Made by a program: the position numbers and the translations under genes. Below are positions 25,283-39,407 of a stretch of DNA of 64,000 bases, one piece after another. Origin of the DNA: Octopus sinensis (taxonomy: Eukaryota); the NCBI RefSeq assembly GCF_006345805.1, contig NC_042997.1, forward strand, positions 138,756,001 to 138,820,000, written 5' to 3'. The first letter of the stretch is position 1. Each line of letters opens with the position of its first letter. Below the pieces are notes generated by a model. The model saw only the letters and a list, made by a program, of their open reading frames with translations, was not told the origin of the DNA and searched no databases.

Positions 25283-26414
25283 GAAAATAGTAATAAGAAG
25301 TGTTTTCAAAACTTTTACTTTAGTAGTGTAGATGTTTGACATTTCTTCTGTAGCATTGCAAAATAAGACTTCTTGTGTAGAGCGTTGTTTTTTATTTTAG
25401 TAGATTTCTTGTACCACAGTCTCTGGAATTTAAGTTTGTAACATTCCAGTTCATATATTATTGCTGGTACAGCAAACGTAATAATGGCACAGTTTGTATT
25501 CTTGCTCTTGAAAGGAATATTTTACAGTTTCTTTAAAATCAGTAACTGTCAAAATATTCATTTTTAAAACTCTTGTTCGCAAAACTGCAACGCAGACAGT
25601 TTTACTATTATTTGCTCTCTTTAGTAAAAACGAAAGATTTTTCCGCGCAAAGACTCAAGCATTTGTAGAAAGCGGAATTGATGGTTCTTTGATGGCTCCT
25701 TACCAAGGAACATGCTCGTTTATTATCGCTGCCATCGTCATAAATAAACAGCAGATTGAAAGTTTTTCTCAGTATTGCAAAGCAAGTTATCAAGGACATT
25801 AAAAAGTTTGGGGACTGGAAATAAAATGCAGTAAAGTGATAATAAAACCAGGCAGACTTGGAAGTCGGGCACATAATTTAAAGATCCAAGTAAAGCAGCA
25901 AGCTGGCAGAATCGTCGGCATCCGGACAAAATGCCGCTAAGCTATTTGTCCGTTTTTATTTTCTGAATTTAAATTCCGCGGGGTCAACTTTGCTTTTCAT
26001 CCTTTCGGGGTTGCTAAAATAAATACTGACTTTCTCCCTCCCCTAAAATTGCTGGCCTTGTGCCAAAATTTGAAATCAATATAGAGATCCAAGTAGGCGA
26101 GATAATGCAGGATTGGCGAGAGCTGGCAAAGAATTCTTTAAAATAATTTAAAAAGTAAAAAAACAAAACAAAAACGGTTCAAGCCTTTTTGATATAATTT
26201 TTGCGTAATTCTTGTGTTGGAGTACGAACAAATTGATGAATAGTTGCATTTTTATAACCTTAAATTAACATTTAGCATCTCATTTTGTATTTTTATTAAA
26301 GATTTTAAATTACTAGCTTAAAGAGTACCAAAATAACCTTTTCATAATGGCTTCTACTTAAAAGTTAAAAAAATGGTTGCCGGCAAATGTTCCTTTATTT
26401 TATGTAAATAGGTA

Positions 26415-27465
26415 TTGATTTCAAATTTTGGCACAAGACCAGCAGTTTTTGGGAAAGGGTAAGACAATTACATCCATTCCTGTGTTTAACTGGTACTTAT
26501 TTTATCGACTTCAAAAACATGGAAGGCAAAGTCAATATCGGCGGAATTTGGACTTCGGACGTGAGAGCGGACGAAATGTCGCTAAGCATTTTGTCCGGTG
26601 TGATAACAAAGTAAAGAGAAAATATTACTCATCACTTTTGTGTTTGTGAGTATGCATGTGTGCTTGTGTGTGTGCACACGTGTATGTGGAGGCACAAGGC
26701 CTCAAAATTGATGGGAGGGGATTAGTCGATTGCATCGACCCCAGTGTTTCACAGGTACTTAATTTATCGACCCCGAAAGGATGAAAGGCAAACTTGATCT
26801 CGGTGGAATTTGAACTCAGAACGTAGCGACAGGCGAAATACCTATTTCTATTTCTTTACTACCCACAAGGGGCTAAACACAGAGGACAAACAAGGACAGA
26901 CAAACAGATTAAATCGATTATATCGACCCCAGTGCATAACTGGTACTTATTTAATCGATCCCGAAAGGATGAAAGGCAAAGTCGACCTCGGCGGAATGTG
27001 AACTCAGAACGTAACGGCAGACGAAATACCTATTTCTTTACTACCCACTAGGGGCTAAACACAGAGTGGACAAACAAGGACAGACAAACGGATTAAGTCG
27101 ATTATATCGACCCCAGTGCATAACTGGTACTTATTTAATCGACTCCGAAAGGATGAAAGGCAAAGTCGACCTCGGCGGAATTTGAACTCAGAGCGTAAAG
27201 ACCGACGAAATACCTCTAAGCGTTTTGCCCGGAGTGGTGACGATTCTGCTACCACGCTGCTGTGAATCCTATAATAGATATTGGTTTCAGATTTTGGTAC
27301 AAAGCCAGCAATATCGGGGCAAGTGGTAAGTCGATTACATCAAGCTAGTATTTAACTAGTACTTATTTTATCGATCCAGAAAGGATGAATGGTGAAGTCG
27401 ACCCCAGCAGAAGTTGAACTCAGAATGTAAAAACACTAAGCATTTTTGCCTGGATTCTGCCACCT
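26415..27465 (-). mobile_element. Cluster of SINE family A copies, including a trimeric unit (26690-27260)
   Basis: Five bodies containing gaaaggatgaaaggcaaagtcgac or variants, all in the same orientation. Confidence 0.9.
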
Positions 27466-28061
27466 TGTATTTATTGAAGGATATTTACTTTTGGAGTACT
27501 GAAAAAACGCATCGTCGTTTTCTATGAAATGAACATGTTTCTTTTTTTTTTTTATCAACAACTGACACATGCAACAACTACATGCACACCATGTGGTTAA
27601 TAATTCTGCAAAGCAAATAAGAATTACCGCATCATCAATCACATCCGATACGTCTGAACTTTCAAAAACAAGCAAAGCAGAACCAATCATCTCAACGAAA
27701 TAGAAATTAAGAAATTTCGGAATTTCATTAAATTTAATAGCTTACACTTGCACATTTTAACATTTCGGTATACACACACACACACACACACACACATACA
27801 TACCTACATGCATACACACACATACATACATACATACATACATACATACGTACGTACGTACATACATACATACATACATACATACATACATACATACATA
27901 CATACGTACGTACGTACATACATGCATACATCCATACATACATACGCACGTACGTACATACATACATACATACATACGCATACATACATACATACATACA
28001 TACATACATACATACATACTTCGCCATTAATATTGTATTATATTATATTCTGTCGTAAATC

Positions 28062-28272
28062 AGCGAGCTGGCAGAATCGCTAGCACGCCGGTAAAAATGT
28101 TTAGCGGCATTTCGTCCGCCTTCACATTCTGAGTTCAAATTCTATCAAGATCGACTTTGCCTATTATCCTTTTGAGGTCGATAAAATAAGTACCAAGTGA
28201 GTACTGAAGTCGATGCAATCGACGTACCCGCTTCCCCGAAAATGCTGGCCTTGTGCCAAAATTGGAAATCAA
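28062..28272 (+). mobile_element. SINE family A (sense)
   Basis: A-box-like tggcagaatcgc, B-box-like gagttcaaattc and the gcctattatcctttt core variant. Confidence 0.88.
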
Positions 28273-28303
28273 CATTTTTTAAATATTGTACGTATTATCA
28301 TAT

Positions 28304-28524
28304 TCTTTTACTTGTTTCAGTCATTTGACTGCGGCCATGCTGGAGCACCGCCTTTAGTCGAGCAAGTCGACCCCGGGACTTATTCTTTGTAAGCCCAGTA
28401 CTTATTCTATCGCTAAGTGACGGGGACGTAAGCATACCAGCATCTGTTGTCAAGCAATGCTAGAGGGACAAACAACAGACACACAAACATATACACACAC
28501 ACATACACACACATATATACATAT

Positions 28525-28586
<62 letters not shown>

Positions 28587-28758
28587 CATATATACGACAG
28601 GCTTCTTTTCAGTTTCTGTCTACCAAATCCACTCACAAGGCATTGGTCGGCCCGAGGCTATAGAAGAAGACACTTGCCCAAGATGCCACGCAGTGGGACT
28701 GAACCCGGAACCGTGTGGCTGGTTAGCAAGCTACTTACCACACAGCCACTCCTGCGCC
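28304..28758 (-). mobile_element. SINE family B (full length)
   Basis: Tail, internal microsatellite and head. Confidence 0.9.
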
Positions 28759-29239
28759 TACATATATACAAAATACATGCATACATACAATCTGTGTGTG
28801 TGTGCATGTATATATGTCTGTCTATCTATCTATCTATCTCTTCACACACACACGCACACACAGACATATATACATACATGGCATTGTAACTAACTGGTTA
28901 TTTAGATTATAACATTTTAATAATTACCAAGTGTGATCATGTATATAACTCTGAATAAGTAAAATAAAGATAACTTTTCTCTTAGTACAGATGCACTACT
29001 CTTCTGAAGGTTCTTATGCACTTGCAATTCGCTTGTAAAGTAAGGAAGGAAACAGTAAATATACTATGCGCTATTTTTTTTTTCAAAAAATGATGCAATG
29101 ATAGTAGGCGTGGTCGGTCTAGCTATCAAATGGTTCTCCGTCGCTTTCGGCGATGAGGATTCAGTTGTTCGCATAATTGAATTCCCCTGCCCATTCAATT
29201 GGCTCGTAAGTGGCTGAGTATTCCACAGGCACGTATATC

Positions 29240-29468
29240 TTTTTCTTTACTACCCACAAGGGGCTAAACACAGAGAGGACAAACAAGGACAGACAAACGG
29301 ATTAAGTCGATTATATCGAACCCAGTGCGTAACTGGTACTTATTTAATCGACCCCGAAAGGATGAAAGGCAAAGTCGACCTCGGCGGAATTTGAACTCAG
29401 AACGTAACAGCAGACGAAATACCGCTAAGCATTTCGCCCGGCTTGCTAACGTTTCTGCCAGCTCGCCG
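29240..29468 (-). mobile_element. Young SINE family A variant with probable target-site duplication
   Basis: Close match to the other family A copies; gcacgtata on both flanks (~29229 and ~29468). Confidence 0.88.
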
Positions 29469-29589
29469 CACGTATACCATTAATGTAATCTTTGAGTAAA
29501 CCAGAGTGGAATTATGCATGAGAAGGATACTTATTTGAATTACGCGTACAATTCAACAAATGGGCTTTTGAATAGTTTCAGTCCATGCA

Positions 29590-30847
29590 ATTTCTCTCAC
29601 AAAGCTTGGTCAACTCGAAACAATGATAAAAAGACACCTATCTAAGATGCCACGCAGCGGGATCGAACACAATAATTCGTGATTGTGAAGCAAACTTCTT
29701 AACCATTCGGCCAAGCATTGGCTGCTAATTATAGTTACGTTGGAACTAAACGCCGTCTTTAATTAGATTATAGTCATCTGGACGATGGAAAAAAGGAGGT
29801 TAGAGCAAAATAGATTCATAGAGAAGGCAACAATAATATGGAGAAGCGAGTTTCCTGAAAAAATGCAATTTTAAATAAACCTATTTAACAAATTTAATGT
29901 ATAAAATATGTTAACTCTAACTCAACATACGCGGAAATGCTTTCAAGTTAAGTGAATAATTCATAAGTGCAGATGCACTCATAGATGAAACAGAGAGGAA
30001 GCTTATCAAATTAGTTGAACCATATGAAAGTACAGCTGTTGTAACTGGGCAGGTGAACCCCAGCCGAACAGACCTATAACCAAAATAGTTCCATTCGTGG
30101 CCATCATGTGCTTTATGAAAATATTATTTAACGTGACTGAAGGAAAATCTGGCTGCTACTTCTAGAGAAGTCTGCGTTATCTAACGTGCTTTTTATGTAA
30201 GTAGGTAGGATGTGAAGGAAGAATTGGCTGCTATCTCTAGAGAATTCTTCTTTAGATCTCAGAAACGATGTGACTATGCCTGCATGTTCGGTACGATAAA
30301 CATTTGTGGCTTAGCAGTGTATCAAGTGCAAATATCAGCTTGGTTCCTTGTGCCGTCAAAAATTGCAATATGAAACGGGTTTGAAAGAACAGCCATACTA
30401 CACTGTCCGTCGCGTGGGTTGACAAGGAATGCGTCGGAAAATATACTGTTGTTTCTACCCAGTGCTAGTACAGTCAGTAATAGTCCTGCAACTTTTTCTG
30501 TGTGGTGTGGTTGGGGGCACAAAGCAGGCATGTCCCAGGACCCCGAAGAAGGTGCAATTTGTTAAATAGGTTTACTTAAAATTGCATCTTTTTTCAAGAA
30601 ACTTACTTCTCCACATTATCGTTACTTTTTTCTCTAACCTCTTTTCTTCCATCATTCAGATGACTATTCTCTAATTAAATGCGATGTTTAGTTCCAAGGT
30701 AGCCATAATTAGTAGCCGACGCATGGACGAATGGATAAGAAGTTTGATTCAAAATCATGAAGTATCGCTTTCGGTCCTGCTGCGTGACATCTTAGATAGT
30801 TGCTTTTTTTATCATTGCTCGAGTTGACCAAACCTTGTAAGAGAAAG
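29590..30847. repeat. Old inverted duplication (~300-bp arms)
   Basis: 29590-29897 (SINE B head plus unique flank) is an imperfect reverse complement of 30555-30847. Confidence 0.75.
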
Positions 30848-31454
30848 TAATAATCCTGCAACTTGTTCTGAGAGGCATGGCTGAGAGCATAAAGGATGCG
30901 TGTCCCAGGGCCCGGATGCAGGTCCAGTTAGAGAGGAGCCTATGCAAGTGGTGTTTAGGGAGTCAACCCCTATTACGCTCTCAGGAATTGTGGGCGGAAA
31001 AGGTGGCTGGCAGGCTGGATAAGGATTTATATGTAGGGCATCCATCGGTCAAGGATTAACATGCATCTGAACATATTATGAACAGGTCTGAGCGAGATTA
31101 TCTTCTTTTTAAAAAAGAATAGCAAGTGCCCATGCAAGTCTCCCTTCTCCATACCTCCTATGTTTAACTAAAGAAAAGGCTACTGACATGGACTAATACT
31201 ACTTAGTTCTGGTGTCGTCACAGGAGTCGTTTCAGAGCGCAAAGGCCCAGCACGGTACTGCGTCTGACACTCTAAGAGAGAGTTTCACCAATCCCCTACC
31301 TCAGAATGGCAAGCTTTAATTGATCTCGAAAGGGTGAAAAGAAAACCTGACTTAGGTAGGAGTTGAACTCGGTGTATAGACTGGAAACAAATTCCACGAA
31401 GCATTCTAACCAGCACCTTAATGATTCGGCCATATTACAGACTGAGACAATGCT

Positions 31455-32077
31455 CTCAAATTTTGGCACAAGGTTAGCAATTTTACGTGAGATGTAAGTC
31501 AATTACATCGATCCATCGGTCAACTGGTATGCATTTTATTGACCCAGGAAAGGTTGAAATGCAGAGCCAACCACAGCGACATTTAAACTGAGGACATGAA
31601 GAGCCGGATGAAATGCCGCTAAGCAATTTGTCCTCAACAAAATCGTATGTATTGACAAGGAGGGATATTGGCTTCAAATTTTGGCACAAGTCCAGCAATT
31701 TTAGGGTAAGAATAAGTCGATTACATCAACCCCAGTATCAGCCCCAAAAGGATGAAAAGCAAAGTCGACCTCGGCGTAGTTTGAACTTAGAACTTAAAAA
31801 CGATCGAAATACCACTAAACATTTTGTCCGGCACGGTATCAATTCTGCTAGCTCACCGCCTAGATGAAAAAGAAATATTGGTTTCTAATGTTGGCGCAGG
31901 CCAGCAAGTTCGGGGTGGGGTAACTCAATTATATCGACGACGGTGCTCAACTGGTACTTATTTCAGCGACCCCGAAAAGAAGAGATGCAAAGTCGACCTC
32001 AGCGGAATTTGAACTCAGGCGAAATCCTACTAAGCATTTTGCCCGGAGTGCTAACGATTCTGCCAGTTCGCCGCCTT
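31455..32077 (-). mobile_element. Three tandem SINE family A copies
   Basis: Bodies at about 31455-31630, 31668-31860 and 31878-32077. Confidence 0.85.
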
Positions 32078-32581
32078 AATGAGTGGGAAATATCAAAAAT
32101 GAAAATTAAACGAAAGCTATAATAGACTAAAAGGTTAGCGATAAGTTTGCAAATAAAATATATAGATGATGAAATCTATATATGAAACCACACATACTCG
32201 AGAAACAATTTGAAACCGTGGATGATTTTAAGGTTTACGAACTGGAATCTATCAACTTGTATAGATTAACAAATAAATGAGATAGACAAATTAAGATGTA
32301 GTAAAATAGCAATTGAAGCGTAATAGCCAAAGACAACAAAATAAGGAAAATTCTTTATTTACATAAACAGGAAGTGGTTTGTACTGCAAAATGAATAATA
32401 TCAAGCACTTAAGTGGTTCAAGATCAAACATAGATAAAGTTAGTAAGATTTTGAACTGACATATGGTAGAATAAAATTGCAGAGAATAGCAACATTGCCA
32501 TAGAAGGTCGGGTTATCTGAAATATTGAGAAAGAAGGAAAAGGAAAATAAAGATGTTAAATATAAAGAAGATATTCTTTCT

Positions 32582-32935
32582 TCTTTTACTCGTTTCAATC
32601 ATTGGATTGCGGCCATGCTGGACTACCGCCTTGAAGGGTTTAATCGAACTAATGGAGGCCAGTACATAGTTTTTAAAGTCTAATGTCTATCATATCAGTC
32701 TCGTAAACAAATCGACAAGAGATGGTGGGAGGGGCAAACACAAGCACAAATAACATACACACACATACACACAAACACACATATATACAACGGGCTTCTA
32801 CACCTATCTCTGTCTATCAAATCCACTCACAAGACTTTAGTCGGGCTGAGGCTTAGTAGAAAACACTTGCCCAAGGTGTCACAGAGTGGGACTGAACCTG
32901 AACTGTCGTTGAGAAGGAAAGCTCTAACCACACAG
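32582..32935 (-). mobile_element. SINE family B (diverged)
   Basis: Tail, (CA) tract and head recognisable. Confidence 0.8.
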
Positions 32936-33654
32936 GAAGTATTACAAAATGAAAAAAAAGAACCCAGACAAATATTTACTATACTAGAGATGGACAATAT
33001 TCATCTTTACTGGAAACCAATAAATCATTCAATATAATGATGAGTACATAATTCAGGCTGAATTGGAAAGCAATGAGCCAGTGATCTATGAGAGTACCCC
33101 ATACGCGATTTTCACTAGAGTTTAGCTAATTGGAATATCATGCCGAATGGGATAATACGTAGTATGAAACCAAATGCATATTTGATAAAGCCGACCAATT
33201 ATAAAGGAGAAAATGCATCACACACTGGAATTAGAGTTCACCAACGAAACTGGCTATAGGTTTTGATGATTATCAGAAATCCGATGACGTGGTATCAAGA
33301 TTGAAAAAAAAAATATGAGTTTATGAGTGAATACCTTTACCGAGGTATGTGTGGTTTTATAAAATGAATTATTGGCAGATGCTGAATAAGAAGTATGGTT
33401 GCTAGTGAGAAGAAAACAAGCTTCGGAATCTCAGTTTGATAAAGAAGGTTCTGTAAGGAAAATAATTAGCCAATAGTATGGATTTAGATCAGTGCTCAGT
33501 CTGTTTGGTTTTGGAGCAGGCTGGAAGTCAAACATAAAATTGCCGGCGTAATTCGTATGGAAACTTTTTGAAATTAAAGAATTACAAAAAGCATAAACAA
33601 GGAAAATATCAAAAAAATTATTGCTTACTACGCTTTATTAATCATACATGAATA

Positions 33655-34118
33655 GTGGTGGCTGTGTGGTCAAGTTTACTTCTCAACCACGTGCTTCCAG
33701 GATCAATCCCAATGTGCAATACCTTGAGTAAGTGTTTTCTACAGTAGCCTCGGACCTACCAAAGTCTTGTGCCTGGATTTGGTAGACTGAAATAGAAAGA
33801 ACCCTGTCGTATATTTATAAATATGTGTGTATATGCGTACAAACACGCGCGCACGCACACACTCTCTCTCTCACACACACACACACACAAAATATATATG
33901 TTTGCCTGTTTGTATGTGTATGCTTGTTTGTCTTTGTGTTTGTTTCCAACCACTGCTTGATAACCGGTGCTGGTTTGTTTACATCGTCCCTGTAATCCAG
34001 CGGTTCATCTAAGAGAAAGCGACATGTACCACACTTAAAAGAAGAAGAAAAAAAACATAAGCCCGGGGGAAGATTTGTTCGACTAAATCCTTCGCTGACT
34101 GAAACAAGTAAGAGATAG
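33655..34118 (+). mobile_element. SINE family B (diverged, sense)
   Basis: gtggctgtgtggtcaag head through ctgaaacaagtaagag tail. Confidence 0.8.
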
Positions 34119-34686
34119 AAGAAAAGCTAGTAAAATAATAATTAAAATACCTCAGAATGCCTAACTATTAATAAGGCCTTTTCTAAAGCCTTAAATTATA
34201 TATTCAAAATCTACAACGCAACAGTGCGTCGTCACGTACCCTTTAAAGAACACTGAATTATAAAATTCAGTAGGTGGGGATTTATTATATGACACGCGCA
34301 AAAGAATTCTTCATTGATTAGGTCTAATAAGTTCGAAATACTCCCGTATCAGTTACCTTATTTACATACAAACAATAATCATATTTTCCCCCGTTAGCAT
34401 GAAAATTCAATTTTCTGTGAAAAAAATTGTTTGATTTCTTGAAATTATTCCTCCTCGTTTTTAAAAGCCGCCAAGTCTTTTGCTTTCTGTCTCCCATAAA
34501 GAGGCATATTTCAAAGCATTTTTCATTTTGTTGCTTTTGTCATTTAGTACATTACCGTCTACCTGTACTGCATATATACTATATTCCTGGTCGGCTGCGA
34601 AACGACTCTCTTAGTATGAATAAGAGATAATCTTCATTGAAATACAAAGTTTAATACCATGTTGACATTAACTTTTCACTTGGAAA

Positions 34687-34696
34687 TATATATATA

Positions 34697-34768
<72 letters not shown>

Positions 34769-34786
34769 ATATATATATGTATTATA

Positions 34787-34828
<42 letters not shown>

Positions 34829-35526
34829 TATATATGTATATAATATATATAATATATATATACATATTATATATAGATATATATATACATATATCTATAA
34901 CATAATATATATATATACATATAATATATATATATATATATAAATATATATATATAATATATATATACATATATATATAGTATATATATATACATATATC
35001 TATAACATATATATTACATATATATATATATACATATATATATTACATATAATATATATATATATATAAATATATACATATGTATACGTATATAAATAGG
35101 TGTATATATATATATATATATATATGTAATACTAAGCAATAAGGGTTTAGCAACGAGTTGCCTTACCACATACCGAATTTAGAAATAGCAGTCAAAGGGT
35201 TATAGCTATTTCTTCTACTAAAAAGGGAGATCTCAGTAAAAACAGCATTTGGAAGGCAGACACAAACAGGTAAGAGAGAATGAATTGACTGCAATCTATC
35301 ATACATTTTTTTAGTTATCCACGGATATGTATATAGATATATGTATATAGATAGGTATATATATATATATATATATTATATAGAGAGAGAGAGAGATAGA
35401 TAGATAGGTATATTAATATATATATATATATATATAGATAGATAGATAGATAGGTATATATATATATATATATATTATATGTATATAGATAGGTATATAT
35501 TATATATATATTATATATTATATATG

Positions 35527-35567
<41 letters not shown>

Positions 35568-35568
35568 T

Positions 35569-35621
<53 letters not shown>

Positions 35622-35670
35622 TATAGATAGGTATATATATATATATATATAGATAGATAGGTATATATAT

Positions 35671-35712
<42 letters not shown>
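34687..35712. repeat. Long (TA)n-derived tract containing a family D fragment
   Basis: Degenerate TA and TAGA repeats. Confidence 0.9.
35126..35325 (-). mobile_element. Family D fragment ending at the hammerhead cleavage site
   Basis: Apparently identical to 14137-14336; stops at ...ttatccacg(ga). Confidence 0.88.
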
Positions 35713-35714
<2 letters not shown>

Positions 35715-36500
35715 AATAAAACTTATATATAAAGAAACAAGAACGTGAAATACACAAAGGGACGAACACAGAAAATAGACGGGTCACTCGAAGCCTTTAA
35801 TCTTCAGTCAGAAACCGGATCAGCATAGCAAATTTCGGCTGTTTAATTCTGATATTTGCTCCAACGCGGCCAGCCCCAAGGAAAAACTAAGCTGTGAGCA
35901 TTAGATTTCTTGGAAAAAGGAACGAATGTAAACGCAACAGAATATAAATACAAAAAAACGAAAACAAAAATAAAATTAAAACAAGAATGGTTAATAACAG
36001 GATAACAGCAGGTGTCTTACGACTTTAGACAAAATGAGACAAATATAACTTATCTAGCAGGCGTGTTTGGAAAAAATTGCCTTTTCGGCAGAGGGGGAAC
36101 GATGTCGTGCGGGCTGCGGTCACCAACGAAATGGCTTGTTAAGCAGCAGGTCACAAGAGGGTAGAGAGAGAGAAAGAGAGACAGAGAGAGAAGGAATTAA
36201 AGAGGGTGGAAGACAGAAGGCGCCGAGGATTGACCAGGTCACGTGAGAGTAAGAGAGAGAGAGAGAGAAAAAGAAGGAATTAAAGAGGATGGAAGGAACA
36301 GGGGGAAGAGACAGAGAACGCCAAAATAGCTTAGCAAAGAAGCAATGGCGCATAGCGAAGGCGAGAAAGAGACAGACAGAAGTGAGGTATAGAGAAAGTA
36401 TTTAGAAGTCGTACAAATGGATAAAATGTAAACATACATAAGGGAACGAGGTGTACGTACGCCGCAATAATATAGGAATAAAAATTATTTATAAAGAAAT
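35712..36500 (-). mobile_element. (TA)n-flanked unclassified element with a purine-rich tract and a permuted hammerhead-like motif
   Basis: Bounded by TA tracts; same layout as 50810-51400 and 62510-63120. Confidence 0.5.
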
Positions 36501-36508
36501 ATATATAT

Positions 36509-36558
<50 letters not shown>

Positions 36559-36640
36559 GGTCCCGGGTTGAGTCGGGGTTAACCACAGTAAATAAGGTAC
36601 TCAATACATAGCAGAGTAAATTAATCTATTTTATAGAAGG

Positions 36641-36691
36641 AGCTTCTACAGGACTAGAACTGTTTCATTCAAAAGAAATCATCAGGAAGCT
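36641..36691 (-). ncRNA. Type I hammerhead ribozyme (family A)
   Basis: agcttc CTGATGA tttc-tttt-gaat GAAAC agttctagtcct GTA gaagct. Confidence 0.8.
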
Positions 36692-36919
36692 AGTAGACAA
36701 GAGTTGTTTTGGCATTTATACATTTAGGCAGGTTTAAATGGGTGGTGGTTGGGGGACTTTTTTGGGGGTAGGCATGGTGCAAAAACGTCATTATTAGGGG
36801 AGTGCTCAAAGGAATCGGTGGTAAAGTAGATAAAAGAATAAATAAAAGAATAAAAAAATAAAAAATATAAATAGAAAAATAGAGTTTTAGGTAAGTAGGG
36901 AGACTCTCACTTGTACATC

Positions 36920-36965
<46 letters not shown>

Positions 36966-37624
36966 TACACCCGCATATTCACATATATCTATACATATAC
37001 ACATACACACATACACATACATACATATACATACACATACACATACACATATATACATATATATACACATACATACACATACACATGTACGTACACACAG
37101 ATACACATATACATACATATACATACATATATGTATACCCACTCGCACATATATATACAAATGCATATACATGCACACACATACACACACATTTTTATTA
37201 TCTTATTTTAATTTTATTATTACTACTTTTGTTTATATCTTTATTTTTATCTTGACCGGTCAGCCGGTCTCAAGGGATGATATAAAGATTCCGTTTATCT
37301 ATCTACTTACTGGTACGAACGCAAGCACTCACTCACGCCCACACACTCACACGTACACACACGCACGTGTTATATTCATACACGCATACATCTACATACA
37401 TTCACGTATATTCACATACACGCATACACATACATACCTCAACACACCCACAGAAGACTAGTCCATACATATACACTAATTAATATATATACACATATAC
37501 ATATACACATACATACACATACATACATATACATACACATATACATATATATATATACATATATATTCATATACATATACATACACATATACATTCATAC
37601 ATATATACACATACACACATACAT

Positions 37625-37668
<44 letters not shown>

Positions 37669-37912
37669 CGGGAAGCTTTATGAAAAAAAAATATATATAT
37701 ATATACATACATATGCATATATATGCGTACACACACACACACACACGCGCGCATCTATATATACACATAAGTACATACATGCATAAAATATGCATAAATG
37801 TATACATATGTCTATACATATGCATACACATCCACACACACACGCGCCTCCTTATGTTCATAAAAACATACATGCATACGGGCACATACATATATACATA
37901 CATGCATACTCA

Positions 37913-37977
<65 letters not shown>

Positions 37978-38117
37978 TATATACGTGCAGTTACCCATTA
38001 TACAAACGGATACATACATATAAACATACCCATATATACCTATTTACACATATGTATATATACATACATACATACACACATAACTCTACATACCTACATA
38101 TACATAAACACACAAGC

Positions 38118-38184
<67 letters not shown>

Positions 38185-38314
38185 CACACATATATATATA
38201 TACATATACACATACATACATATCCATATACACATACACACATACACATATACACACACATACACACATATATATATATTATATATAATATATATATACA
38301 TATACATATATATA

Positions 38315-38353
<39 letters not shown>

Positions 38354-38405
38354 TTACACTCACATTTACACATATATATACATACACATACACATACACA
38401 CACAC

Positions 38406-38436
<31 letters not shown>

Positions 38437-38806
38437 CACATACATATACATATATATATGTGTATATATACACATATATATATATATTTACATATATATA
38501 CACACAAGCACATACATGCATAAATGTATACATATGTTTATACAAATGCATACACATACACACACTCACGCGCCTCCTTATATACATAAATACTTACATG
38601 CATACAAACGCATACTCATGTAATAGATAATGAATAATAAATAATAGATATATATACACATGCAGTTACCCTTTGTACAGACGGAAACATACATATAAGC
38701 ATACACGTATATACCTATCTACACATATGTATATATACATACATACATGCACATACACATAACTCTACATACTTACATATACATAAACACACGAGCGTAC
38801 ACATAT

Positions 38807-38851
<45 letters not shown>

Positions 38852-39407
38852 TATATATATATACATATACACACATACATACACATACATACACACACAT
38901 ATACACATACATACATACATATACATACATACACATACACACACATACACATACATACATATATATATACATTTATATATACATATATATATCTATATAT
39001 ACATTACACACATATATATACATATACACATACACATACACACATACATATACACATATATATATATATGTGTACATATACATACATATATACACATATA
39101 TATACACACAAGCACATACATGCATAAATGTATACATATGTTTATATAAATGCATACACATACACACACTCACGCGCCTCCTTATATACATAAATACATA
39201 CTCCCTACTTACCTAAAACTCTATTTTTCTATTTATATTCTATTTTATTCTTTTATTTATTCTTTTATCTACTTTACCACCGATTCCTTTGACCACTCCC
39301 CTAATAATGACGTTTTTGCGCCATGCCTACCCCCAAAAAAGTCCCCCAACCACCACTCATTTAAACCTGCCTAAATGTATAAATGCCAAAACAACTCTTG
39401 TCTACTA

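Noticed and set aside
25608-25880. Possible exon after ...ctctttag (KNERFFRAKTQAF...); a similar case at 27560-27700
   Set aside because: No recognisable homology and no partner exons
28062-28150. tRNA genes suggested by A/B boxes
   Set aside because: These are SINE heads continuing into the SINE body; no cloverleaf
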